The translations under genes were made by a program, and so were the position numbers. Below, one piece after another: positions 48,407 through 60,484 of a stretch of 64,000 nucleotides of DNA. Source of the DNA: Setoptus koraiensis (taxonomy: Eukaryota > Animalia > Arthropoda); the NCBI GenBank assembly GCA_048013815.1, contig CM106586.1, positions 18,910,001 through 18,974,000 of the forward strand, read 5' to 3'. Below the pieces are notes generated by a model. It had not been told where the DNA came from. It did no database searches and worked only from the letters and a program-made list of their open reading frames with translations. Every line of letters begins with the position of its first letter. The first letter of the stretch is position 1.

Positions 48407-49771
48407 TTAAGGATTTTGTCGGGCTAGGTCATCCTTATCGATATTAATAACATGGAGTAGGTTTTTCACATTTGGGTCGTCGAGAAGAGCTTTGGGCCAG
48501 CTTTTTATTGTGTCAATTGTTTGATCAATCATCTTATCGAGCACTTGGATCTCCTCTAAGGCTCGTTTTTCATTGCTTTCAAAAACTTGACGGTGTCTAT
48601 CATACCTTTTGTTGAGTTCCTCGATGGTTTCATCTCTGATCTTTAGATCATTGCGTAATTTGGCACATTCAGTCTCTAAATGAGCATTATCTGGATAGTT
48701 GTCAGTCTGTACTGATTGACTCGTTGTGAGTCCATTGACTGTTGAGCGTTCTTCAGAATTACCCAGTTTAGAAAGAGAAAGCTTCTCTTCGTCATGCAAA
48801 TTCTTCTTTTCCAGGAGCTCTTTGGAAGATCCTAGTTCTTTCTCTACCAATTCAATTTGTTGATTAGCTTTCTCTAGATCAACAACTGCTTTTTCCTTTC
48901 TTTGAACTAACCATGACACTTCCATTTCTTTGGAACGCAATTTATTCTCAAGTAGTGTCTTGTCAGCTGACAGCTGATTCAATCTAGTTTCCAGCTGATA
49001 TTTTTCAACTTTCCATTGTGTTTTCTCATTTTCCAACGATTCCTCAACCTCTTTTAGAGTATCATTAAGCACTTGTCTTTCTCTTTCTAAGAATTCGCAA
49101 TCCTCTTTGAGTTTCTTCCTTTCATTTTTAAGTTCGTTAATTTTACTTTCTAAATGTTTAACAACTTGTGAGTCATGAGAACTATTGGATATATCACTGG
49201 AATTAAAGCTATGCAATTCGGGTGTTCTACTGGTGGTGTAGTAGTGTGTAGGATTTTGATATTTACTAGACATCCTCAAACTTCGAGATCTAAGTAAAGT
49301 GGGCGTTGATTGTGGCGATGGGGTATGTGATTTAGAAGAATGATGACTTGAGGGATTGTTGTTTTGGTGTAGAGATTCGTTAAATGCACGAGTTTTGGCA
49401 GCTGAACTGATGGTGGCCCGCTGAAATGAATGCCTCGGTGAAGTGCCACTAGCAGACATGCTCATTACCAATTGTCTGTAATCGATTGTGTGTGGCTGTA
49501 GCATGGCCCTATCTAAGCTAGATGACGCACTATTAGTGGAATTAGTGGTTGTGGTGCTAGTGGTGGCGCCAAGGGAACTAAAAGCGGACATACTCTTATT
49601 AGCAGCAGTATTGTAAGTGGCACTAATTGTTTTGCCATTGTTTGCTCTAGATATCAACTCTAAAGCTGCGCTCCGATTATGATCATTATTATGGCCACCT
49701 GTATGACTGCTAGAGTATCTGTCAACTAAATTGTTGAGTGTGGCAGATTGGAAGGACGATATTACTGGCAT
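48407..49771 (-). CDS. Hypothetical protein with an S/T/N-rich disordered N-half and a long C-terminal coiled coil (454 aa or more)
   Basis: Long ORF with heptad-rich E/K/L segments. The frame stays open without an ATG to about 49969, so the true start may be in an upstream exon. No family recognised. Confidence 0.82.
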   Translation of the reverse strand: MPVISSFQSATLNNLVDRYSSSHTGGHNNDHNRSAALELISRANNGKTISATYNTAANKSMSAFSSLGATTSTTTTNSTNSASSSLDRAMLQPHTIDYRQLVMSMSASGTSPRHSFQRATISSAAKTRAFNESLHQNNNPSSHHSSKSHTPSPQSTPTLLRSRSLRMSSKYQNPTHYYTTSRTPELHSFNSSDISNSSHDSQVVKHLESKINELKNERKKLKEDCEFLERERQVLNDTLKEVEESLENEKTQWKVEKYQLETRLNQLSADKTLLENKLRSKEMEVSWLVQRKEKAVVDLEKANQQIELVEKELGSSKELLEKKNLHDEEKLSLSKLGNSEERSTVNGLTTSQSVQTDNYPDNAHLETECAKLRNDLKIRDETIEELNKRYDRHRQVFESNEKRALEEIQVLDKMIDQTIDTIKSWPKALLDDPNVKNLLHVINIDKDDLARQNP

Positions 49772-50716
49772 TATCTTTTCTGCTGTTGTTGTTGTCGCTG
49801 TTGTCCTATAGGGCGGCCTGGATTGTGGCGATCGTGGTGGCGCTGCTGGCGCAACTGATGCAACTTGGCGTCTTTGTCTTGCTAGAGATTCTGTTAGTGT
49901 ATTATATCGATAATTTGGGACGGAATGAATGGGAGAAACGTTCGGCGTCGTGCGGCGCTCCAGCTTGGATTAAATTAATATAATCGTTGGTGCGCAACGC
50001 AACAACATTCGCTTTAAAGAATGACTCTATACAGATAAAATGGGTTTCAAAGCTTTGATTTGTTTCGAGTATTTATACGTGTTGTCTGTTGTGAGATCCA
50101 ATAATCCATTGTGAGCTAATACTGTTGCTGTTGTTTATTTGCTGTACATCTCCGGGCTTGTGAGTTTGTATTGTATTATTGTGATCATATAAAATATTTT
50201 GTGATTTTTATCGTCCAAAGCAATAAATTCAAGGGTGATGCCAGCGATAACATAATTGGTGCTATGTTAACAATAAAACAATGCTATTAACGACAACAAA
50301 AATTTGTCATACATGTATTGTCCATATAAGAAGATTATTAATATTATCAATGATGCAACAAAACAACAATGTAAATAGATACCAGTGGATCTAAATATAT
50401 ACATCTACATGTATACATAAAGAACGGGTAAAATATGGAAGAAAAACAAGAGAGAATTCTTTCACTATTTTGCGCAATTCTTCGCCACAATGAAAACAAG
50501 TGGTTGGGCATGCGCGCTCGAATCATGGGCGCCAAATACGAATCGAGTTTGCATTACGTAACTTGTCATTTGTCGAAGCAATTTCGAGTTCTTTTTTCTC
50601 CATCATGGTTGTTTATTTTCAAAACTGGCCCGTGCATGTATTATGGACATGATAGATCAATCAATTTTTCCTCTCATATTCTTGTCTAGTTGTCTCACAT
50701 TTGCCGTGGAGAAAAT

Positions 50717-51709
50717 TCAGAAAAGACTGTTGAATCTGTCACGGTACTTGTTAGCCAAGTCCGATTGAAGAGCTGGCCAGCTATAGGGAGAGGAGTCGTC
50801 GAATTTCAGGGTATTCTCCCTGTCCATTTTTATTTCGAAGCTGGTGCCACGATCTATTACATCCACCATTGATAATCTAGTTGCAACAAAGTCCAGATCT
50901 ACCAGAGCAATGACAAGACTGTCCTCATGCACTTGCGCAAGATCTTCATCCTCGTTCTTCAAATAGTAAATCATATTGATGGGCGTGACAGAATTTCTAT
51001 TCGCGTAGAAAACACCCTCGACAGCCTGTTTCAATTCTGACCAAACATCATCAAGTTTCTGGTCTGTTGTCTCAACTTTTTTCTTCAGGTAAGATTCAAC
51101 GTGTTCAGCGTAAAAACTATCCTCGGAATAAAGTAATCGGTTCAAAACGTCATCGTAGGCCCGTCTACCAATCACACAATGACCGTTTGTTTGGTCAGGC
51201 TCATTGTGATAGATAAATTCGCAGAGAACCTTGTAGACACTGTTGTACCAAGGCTGTTCCAGATATTGGAACGATTCGGAGAAAATTTGTTCAACTTTGA
51301 CGGGCACTAGTTCCGAGCAGGCCTCAAACAACAAATTGACGTAAGCTTCATATTTCAGTTTCAAATTTTGATTTGTCACCATGGCTCGCTTTAGTTTTCT
51401 ATCGACAAATTCATTGAAATTGCCGATGTGTTCATATGAACAGTAATCATCGGATTTCAGAAAGTTTTTGAAATCCTCAATAGTTGCATCTTTTTCATTC
51501 ACTGGCGACTTTCCGTCCGTCTTGGCAACAGAGCCAGGCTGTTTCTTGGACTTGAAAGCGAATTTAGCTAGGAAGCGCCTCATAAGCGATTTGGCACTCT
51601 TCGACGACAATTGAATGTTCTGGTCAGAGTCTGGCTGAGCTTCGCAAAGTAGACAGATTGCCATTGTCAGGGATAGGCCTAAGAAGGCCCAATTGTTCAC
51701 GTTAACCAT
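50717..51709 (-). CDS. Hypothetical secreted protein (330 aa), no recognisable domain
   Basis: ATG-initiated intronless ORF with a signal-peptide-like start (MVNVNNWAFLGLSLTMAICLLCEA|Q), no other TM segment and four Cys in the predicted mature part. Confidence 0.8.
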   Translation of the reverse strand: MVNVNNWAFLGLSLTMAICLLCEAQPDSDQNIQLSSKSAKSLMRRFLAKFAFKSKKQPGSVAKTDGKSPVNEKDATIEDFKNFLKSDDYCSYEHIGNFNEFVDRKLKRAMVTNQNLKLKYEAYVNLLFEACSELVPVKVEQIFSESFQYLEQPWYNSVYKVLCEFIYHNEPDQTNGHCVIGRRAYDDVLNRLLYSEDSFYAEHVESYLKKKVETTDQKLDDVWSELKQAVEGVFYANRNSVTPINMIYYLKNEDEDLAQVHEDSLVIALVDLDFVATRLSMVDVIDRGTSFEIKMDRENTLKFDDSSPYSWPALQSDLANKYRDRFNSLF

Positions 51710-54700
51710 TGTGGTTGTTGTTGTCGTTATGCACGTTGCAGAGTCTGATTCTAATTGACCAATGCTAATTTAATGGGGCGCCCACAGCGGCAATAAAATA
51801 TCGTCAGTTGGCAACTTAGAAACAGTTTTACAGGGGCGCTTAATTTAGTATATAAATTAATCTTGCGTGCTGTTTTAGCTGGTGATTCGGACAGTCAAAA
51901 TGATCCTCGGCCAGCTAGCTGAATGCAGGCGTCTGAGTGGGCCTCACGAAATTCCAAAGCGACAATAGCAAAAATTCAGTAGTGTCAGTGATTGTACACT
52001 TTTCGACTTGCAACTAACCGTTGGACAGCCACTTTATGGTACTTGCTCGCTGTCTCTGCGGGAGAGACACCAGCCCCGAGAGATGTTATTTATATACTTT
52101 TGGTTACTATTTATACATGTCATAGAGATTAATGTCGCGCACATTATTATTTGTATCTACCCAATAATAAATGCTACACTTTTCGCAACATTACTTTTGT
52201 ACTCTTTGGCCCTCGCCAGTATCATTGTACCCGAGCAAGTGGGTGCCAGTGGGTGCCGTTTGGTGCCAGTTGGTGCCAGTTGGTGCCATTCGACGGCACC
52301 AACGTGCAAAAAATATTTAGTGCTATGCACTCTCAAAATATGAAACTTGATGTTATCAGGGTAAGATCGAGAGAAGCAGAGAGCCGGCTGATATCAAGTA
52401 ACATCACGCAACGGACAGAGAGATTCACCCTGTCTCTCGCTAGATGCCAGGCCCAGTTAGAAGAGCCATTCTTTGTCATTGTGTGCCTCTTGAGATTGCC
52501 GTTGCCTCTTGGAAACAGTTTTCCAATTCCTCTCACTATCCTTAACTATCGACTGCACACAAACTATTAGCAACGACAGTTATAAACTTGCTCTCATTAC
52601 CATAAAATTAAATCTTCTTTTCATCTACAGTTAGCACCTCACTAGTGTCCCAAGTCGATACTAGTGCACAACTTGGAGGCGCCACTATTTGTCGCTAGAC
52701 TGTGTCCTCAAAAGAGTGTTTGCTCTCAATTTAGCTTACCTCTGAATAGTGTCCTGTTTATGTGTTTAGTGGTGCTGTCAATATATCAGCAACATGCGAT
52801 CGACGACGACGACAATTGGCAATTCTCCGATGAAAGCACTCAACTGATATTGACATAATGAGAGTAGTTTACGTCTAAACTTGGCAAAACTTTCTCTCGA
52901 AGCTCTTTATTTGCAAGCATTGAGTCGGCTTATAATTGAGACATAATGAATAGACGGCTCATACATGACGTCAATACATATCGCGTATTAAGAGTAGCAC
53001 ATGGTCTAACTTATGAGCTAGTGCATCGTAATAACTCAACATCATTTTATAGTCCGGCTGGCCATTAATCGGCGGTCGGCATACAATTTGCTGTAATTGA
53101 CACGAGTATTGACCTGATTGATATTGGGCGCTGTTACGTCGGGCACAAGATGTGGCTCGATTGAGTAACATTTTACTTGAGTCACAAAACATGTGGACGA
53201 GTAACAATTGAGTGCCGCTAATGTTGCACTTTAATGGCTAGCTTACAAGCTCAATTGTCATTTGAACATCATCCAAAAGTGCACCTTGTTCATTGTTTGA
53301 CCACACAGGCACGTTTATGGGCCCGTTATATAATTGTTTTTGTGCCGCAAACAATGTCCAGGCCAATGCAATGCCAGTTCAATGCAACGCAACAATACAA
53401 TACCTAACAATACAATTTATGTGTTTGAGTGCAGCTGTAGCTAATTACATACTATAATGGCTTCCATATAGCACATAATAACATACAGCAGCTAAACGCA
53501 ATTCATTTCTGACCAACCAAGGTGACATATGAGCGGATATTGTGTTGCTGTTGCGGGGGCGAACACTGCCCCTGCGTCATAGCTAAACGACATAGCAAGA
53601 TATCAGCAGCACTACTGGTGGCCGGATTGGTCCAAATGATGCAAGGACAGGCGAATCGCAGGCCCTTGAGCAAGTGTGTGTCTGTGTTTGTATTATTACC
53701 ATAATATTATTACCATCTTTTGTTCAAAGGGCACGACAGGTGCACCATGGGCGCCCCCGCAAACATATGGTCAAGATAATAGAATGCAGCCGATGATGGA
53801 AGTGTAGTCATTATTATTGCCATCACACACACACACACACACACATACGCCGCTTGTTTGCTTACGTTGCCTCTGCATCACCGACAGGTCAGCTGAGCCA
53901 GTGGGGCCCCGCGGGCTCAGCGGTTGGGTTCAGTTGTTGTCCATGGGCAGAGCGGGTCCAGATAAACAGGCCCTCAATTCATAATTAACTAACGAACAAG
54001 CAACTATTATCAATTGTCATCATCGATGGTCCTTATCCGAGGGCTTATCCGCCCGACGGTAACGTCATCATGAGTTTGAGTATCGCCACTTCGCCCCTTT
54101 CATCAATCGGTCAATATTGAATATGACAATAATTATGATTGCGTCACATTGTTGGCATACGCAATCATAATGACACAACAAGACACAACAGACTGTGTTT
54201 AGCAGCAGGGGAAATAACGGCAACTAGAACAAAAAAAAATTGGGCCCTCTTGTGTCAAGTTGTTGTTGTGGTGCTGATGCACCTGTCAAAATCGTTTGAC
54301 CTTTCGCTGAAAGACACTTCCTCGCTACTAATGAGAAACTGCTGCTCGTTAGCTTACACGCGGATCTAATCTAATTACCTCCACTGTCTGACTGGCTGGC
54401 TGGCTGGCTGGCCGGCCGGTTTGGGTCTGCGCAAAGAGTTCATTAGTGAGCAAGCCATTGCGTTGCGAGGGCCGTTGCGTTGAGGGCCGCATCGCGCGCG
54501 AGGGGCCCCCCTACGACAGCAAACCTGGCTTCGAATTGTTTTAATTTTGTTTGCCAAAAGACTGCGCAACGACTGATGGAGCCTGACAAACGCGAGACGG
54601 GGGCCATTTAACCAAATTGAATTATCTGTGTGTGTGTCTGGCTGTGCACACTCTTTGTGCGCTCGCGAGGGGCTTCTGGGGCGAGCTTTTGAGCTTGCCG

Positions 54701-56976
54701 GAATAACAAGCTCAGAAGCTGGGTGCAGTTAGTTGGAAACCGGTGGCACCGAGACACGGACGGTTTATTTACACATTGTAGTCGCTTCGTGGGTTGCGCC
54801 AACTGACGGCTGATTGATGAGCCTGGCGCTGCAATTGATGGCGACAGTATTTCAGGTGAAACTGGTGCAATTTTGTAACCGGCGAGCGCACAATTGCTGC
54901 ACAACAGCTCGTAATCCGCAAGTCGTAAATCCATGACAGGTGACTCGCCGGGGAGCGGTCGTTTTTTCTATCTCATTGTACGTGATTTTTTTAAATTGGT
55001 GTAGCTGGCGCCAGTTGCTTGTGCGGCTGGCATCGGCGTCGCTAATGATTTCGCGACTGGCAGCGGGCCCCGGTTAAGCGCGGATAATCCGGTGCGCGCA
55101 CCTAATGAAGCCGGCGATCGCTACATAGCCGCTTTGTCGATGTTCTTTTGCCCAGACAACAACCACTCGGCACAGAACAACGACTCGGCTCACAACAACG
55201 ACTCGGCTGACAACAACGACGCAACTAGCAACAACGACGGCCAACTCGCTAACTGGCCCCTTCGCAAAATCGCTTTACGCAACAGACACATCATGGCAGC
55301 GGGGATGTGGCGCGACAAGTCAGAGATTGATTGTGGGGATTGTCTCAACTGTTTTGCCGGCTTGCCGCTGCACATGACTCAGCATTGAATAACGCCGTTG
55401 CAGCGCGCACATAGTCAGAACGGTGATTGAAATTGTGCGCATAATGTGGCCGGCGCGCCGGCAAGCGTCGGGGCCCCAATAATCCCGAAACGCGCCGCTC
55501 GCACAGATCATATCGATTAAAGAGGCGACACCGTTGTCTGGCGATGCCGCTGTCTGGCGATGTCGTCGTCGCTGGCGATGTCGTTGTCTCCGGCGTGTTC
55601 GGCCCGCCAACGCTGCCCAGTCGCCCAGCGGCCCAAGATTAGTGTGTGCCGTCAGAGCAATCCAAGTGGAAACTTTGCTCGTTGTTATTCGGGGCCCGCG
55701 GTGGCCGTTGTCGCCTCGGCCATGCAGCTCACAGGCGAGCCGAGCTGCTTTTTTGTTCACGCCTCTCGCTTGGATACTCTCTCGGATGGCAGCGATTTGA
55801 TGACGATCCCGCGATTGGCGACTTGCAGCCGGCGCAACAGACGAAATGCAAACAAATGAATACGTTTCGCGGACACACATCCGTCACACTGGCCGCCAGC
55901 CACTTGCGGCGCCCCCGCGATCGGGTCGCATGCGGGCCTGGTTGCGCCCACCGGCGCTACCTTTGCTACCCGGCTATACCGTCAGACATTTGTGAGCTAG
56001 TTTAGCGCCGGCGGCACGGGCTAAATTATAATCCATTCAGCGGGGCCGCGCTCGGCTAAACTGGCGACCCGCGCGGCGTCTAGACGCAGCGCGGTAAGTA
56101 ACGCACCCGCGTGCGTAATGGCGAAGAATGGCGCGACAAATGCGGCGGCCTCGGCCCCGGCCCCCCGACTTAGCGTGAGAGGCGCCAGTGAGCCGGCCCA
56201 AGTTATAAATAAATTAAATACAATTGGCCCCAAGCGGATAATTGTTGTTACAGCAGAAGCGGCGGCGGCAATGGCGTAAGCACCCACAGACGCACTCAGT
56301 CGGCAAAGCCGCTGCAAGTTGGCACGGCACGACGAACAAGTTTGCCAGACTCCGGCCGGCCATTCTTTGTAAACGCTTAAATGGGCCCCAATTCGCTTTG
56401 TGTGTCCATTCTAATGTGTTTATACACGTGCATCGTGTGCGCGTACCTAGGCCATATATAATACATATACCGATGCCCAATATATAAATATATAAATGTA
56501 TAGATGCGATAAGTTGCGATCGGGCACAAAACTATCGAGTGGCACACACACACACACAATATAATATCAGCGATGTCATCCGGCGCAATAATGATGACGC
56601 CATTGTGCCCGACTTGCCAACTGCACCGAGCCCGCGAACCCGTGAGCCGGGCACCCCAGCCCCCGACTCACGGGGGCTTTGGCGCCCTTGGCTTACGGCG
56701 CGCACAGTGGCCGCTAGTTAGCCAATGGGGAGCCTGGCCAGGCAAACGTCTGGCGCCTTCCTTCCCTGCATAACCATTTACTGGGCCCCACGATTGGGGC
56801 CCCACGACTGCGGCCCCACGAGCGCCACGAGCCTGGCTCTGGACGCCAGCAGCAGCAGCGAGCCGGCCGTGATACTCGAGACTTGTTTGGCCTCCTCACT
56901 TGGGGCGCCAGTTAAGCTGCCAGCAGCAAAATAAATACCTGGAATGCGTCACTCGCTGGCTGATCAAATTTGAGCG

Positions 56977-57062
56977 GGCCGGGCCGGCGTGTTTGTGACC
57001 GGGCCGGCGTGTTTGTGGCCGGGCCGCCATGTTTGTGGCCGGGCCGCCATGTTTGTGGCCGG
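56977..57062. repeat. 20-bp tandem array GGGCCG(GCG/CCA)TGTTTGTGGCC x4
   Basis: Units start at 56981, 57001, 57021 and 57041. Confidence 0.9.
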
Positions 57063-58130
57063 CAGCGCCTCGGATATAGGCAAAAAGTTGGCTTTTTATT
57101 TCAATTTTGGCTCAAGGCGGCTCACCGCGGCTCGACGCGACTCAAGTCATTCAATTCTTTCGAGTCGACAAGATTGCGGCCCGACTACGCCTAGTGCAGC
57201 CCAAAATCAGCATGATGCAGCCCGCCGATGATTTTGCCAAAATCATCTCGGCCCCAATTTGGCGCTGGCTGGTGCGCCCGGATTATTTATTATTGCACTA
57301 ACCGGCCAACGGCCCCATAACTCGCCAGCCGATATTGGCCAGGCACGGGCACACATCGGCGTGTTTGGGGCCCGCGTAACTGCGCTGTGAGTGCGGCCAA
57401 CGGGTGAGGTCGGCTGGCTGGCGTGTTTGCAAAATAAATTCCGACTTGCACTTACAACGACTTGTTAGTTGCATACTTGTGGGCGCACACAGCGCACAAA
57501 TTCAATCTCTCGTCGGCGTTATTATTGGCTCGCTCCGGCCAGCATTAGGCAAATACACATGTGAGCGGTCTTTTTAGCAACAACTGACACTGTTCGGCCA
57601 ACACTGCTGCTCGGCCAACACTGCCGAACAGGGGCCCAGGCGCGGCCCATATTCAAGTATCCATTTCATTTCGTTTGATGGCCCCAGACACGCTTGATCT
57701 GGCCGCTGAGCACTGCCGCGCCGCTTAAATCAAGACCGGCCAAGTTGCTCGGGCACATAAGAGCCCATAAGCGCACAAGTTATGCAACGGCCGGCGCATT
57801 ATGGCCGGATCGATGGCCGGCCATTTTGAGGCCCGCTGGTGTCACTTGATTCAATTTTAACAACTGTCACAAGTGGCCAGCGAAGCTCGCACTTGTCGGC
57901 CGTCTTGGCGGCTGGGTTTGCGTAACCGCTGAATGAAGATAACGACGGCATGCGGCTCAAATGGAGCGACACACAAACATATAACGGTCACATACATACA
58001 CCAGATATATGGCGTGGGCCACATATTTGGGCCGGCGAGCTACGTGCTGGCGAATGGCATAAATGAACGACCGTTAGCCGTGATTGGTGGCAATCTCATT
58101 TGACGCCGATGATGATTTATGATGGGCCCG

Positions 58131-58218
58131 CCAGCGCCGGCCAATGATGACGCCAGCGCCGGCCAACGATGACGCCAGCGCCGGCCAACGATGACGCCAG
58201 CGCCGGCCAACGATGACG
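58131..58218. repeat. 22-bp tandem array CCAGCGCCGGCCAACGATGACG x4
   Basis: Units start at 58131, 58153, 58175 and 58197. Confidence 0.9.
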
Positions 58219-59679
58219 CGAGCCGGCGCCGGGCCCCAAATTGCTCGCCCCGGCGGCTCGACGCCTCGATGAATTGGCATGTCTGAGCGGGCACATATGC
58301 TATATATAGCAGTGTATATATGCGGTATAATAAGTGGTGCCGCACTGGCGCTACATATAGCAGATATAGCCAGATATTTATTACGCAGATAATAATAAAC
58401 AGAGATTGCGATCAATATTGACCATTGGAGGTGACGATCATTGTCGGGCGCGATGCCAATTTGTGTGTGCGACGTGTTCCTTGTTTATCGCTCTCTAACA
58501 AACCAACCGGCCAAACTATCTTATCGCCACCGGGCGCCCTAATGAGCAAAACCGGCCAGCCCGACGGCCCAACCGGGCACCATCCCGACGGCTATTTATA
58601 TCCGCATTTAAAGCAGCGGCCGGCGCACTGGCCACCTCTCTGGCCAGCCGAACGGATAATTGCGATGTGTGTTTCACACACACACACACACCGACAGAGA
58701 TAAATAGGAAATGGATAGGATCAATTGATCTAAATCTGGCGATAATTCCACGATGCCCTTTTATTGCGTGACATTTGCACGCCATTCAGTTGGTCGCATT
58801 TGCCACGTCCGCCACGTCCACTGCGTCCACTGTGTCCACTGTGTCCACTGAGTTCGCTGTGTCCACCACGTCCGCTGTGTCCACTGTGTTCACGATGTGG
58901 CCAGATAAACAGTTTCGTGCCGATTGCCGCGCAATTTTGCCTATTTTCTGGCCAGCCGACAGCGCCCCAAACGACCCAAACGTGCACCTTGGCGCCGCTC
59001 AACTGGCAACCAACGGACGACAACAACAAGAGCCACTGCCACCACAACGACAACATCGGCCGCACTACGCACGCGCACTCGCTTGCCAAGAGACGATGGC
59101 CAACTGCGTTCAACTCTATTTATTCACTCGGTCGGTTTGTATCAGTGGCTGGCGTGAGTTTGTTGGCTCATTTTTGATTCAGCCACGCAACTAGACGCAC
59201 TGTCGGCCAGTCAGGCAGGTATCTCATTGTTACGCAATACGCGCTCGTCAGCTCGAGCTCATTATGCAGTTTGTTTGTTAGTATGCAACAACGGCAACAG
59301 CAACAACAACAACAACAACAACAACAATATTTTGTGCGGGCGAACGGGTATGAGCAGATAAGACAGCCAGCCCGGTGAGTTTATTCCCGGTTGAGTTCAC
59401 CTGTCGGCCGTTAACTGGCCACTTTTGTGCCCCCCCCCCCGTGTGAGCCAGAGTCGACAGGCCAGAGAAGAGCCCAACAGTCAGCGACTAATTAGTGGCG
59501 GACACGCAGCCAGCAACACATATCATATTATACATAGATCATCGATTTTTGTGTGTATCAATAGGGCGAAGAGCGGCACAACAATAACCAACTATCATAA
59601 TCATCGTCGAGCCAGACGGCCAAAATCACGCCAAAATAACCGGTGAAACCGACCCGAAAATTGGCCAATCGAGCGATCG

Positions 59680-59808
59680 AGAAATTGACCGAAATCAATC
59701 AAAAATTCGGCCGAAATCAATCGAAAATTCGGCCGAAATCAATCGAAAATTCGGCGGAAATCGATCGAAAAATTGGCCGAAACCAGCGAAAATTAGCCCA
59801 AAATCGAG
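59680..59808. repeat. ~22-bp tandem array AAAATTCGGCCGAAATCAATCG with degenerate edges
   Basis: Two to three near-perfect central units with diverged flanking units, immediately upstream of the 59828 ATG. Confidence 0.8.
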
Positions 59809-59827
59809 CAAGTTGCAAGCAGAGACT

Positions 59828-60329
59828 ATGACGCTAATCAACCAGGCGCCATCGACTAGTGGCCTGAAGAGTGCAACAACCAACAAAGAAGATACTAGCA
59901 ACAGAAAAGAATCGCCCATTGAACAAAAAGCACTGCAGCAAGCCCGTTCCCACACGCTGCTGCTAGACAACTATAACGGTCAACATCAGGCCCCCAATCA
60001 GGTGGAGCCGCATCATGTTCAGGGCCCGTTGTGGGCGCATTTTGTCGCCATCCAAACAACTTCATCATCGAAAATCGGCAAGACAACGCACACGGCAAAC
60101 GGTGCGTCGTCGTCGTTGTTGGACGACAACGACGACGACGACGACGACGACAACGCCATAACAACCACCAGTGGCCACGACCAGATTTGGTCCTACTACC
60201 ACCAACAGCAGCAGCAACAGCAACAACAGGATCAGCAAGCCCAACACGCCAAAGAAGAGGCACAAGCCAAGGAGAAGAAAAAGAAGAAGAAGAAACGGAG
60301 AAATTCCTTTGATTCCATATTTTCCCTCA
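59828..60329 (+). CDS. Candidate first coding exon of an unidentified gene (poly-D, poly-Q and poly-K tracts)
   Basis: ATG-initiated frame of about 167 codons of plausible disordered protein (MTLINQAPSTSGLKS...DDNDDDDDDD...QQQQQQQQQ...KKKKKKKRRNSFDSIFSL) ending at a GTGAGT donor consensus (60330). No downstream exon identified. Confidence 0.4.
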
Positions 60330-60431
60330 GTGAGTATCAATCGATATTATATTCATTTGTGATAAACTGCACCGTCGACACAACGCGCAATTTGCTTGTC
60401 GCAAAGAAATCTCTCTCGCAGCCAATAAGCT

Positions 60432-60484
60432 TCGGCACATCGGCACATCGGCACATCGGCACATCGGCACATCGGCATATCGGC
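60432..60484. repeat. 8-bp tandem array TCGGCACA x~6
   Basis: Read directly. Confidence 0.9.

Noticed and set aside
52008-59646. ORFs in the right flank, including GPCR-like fragments (DRYIA near 55115; SITVLTMCALQRRY in 55320-55880)
   Set aside because: These are isolated short resemblances on opposite strands without the surrounding transmembrane pattern; the remaining ORFs are repeat translations.
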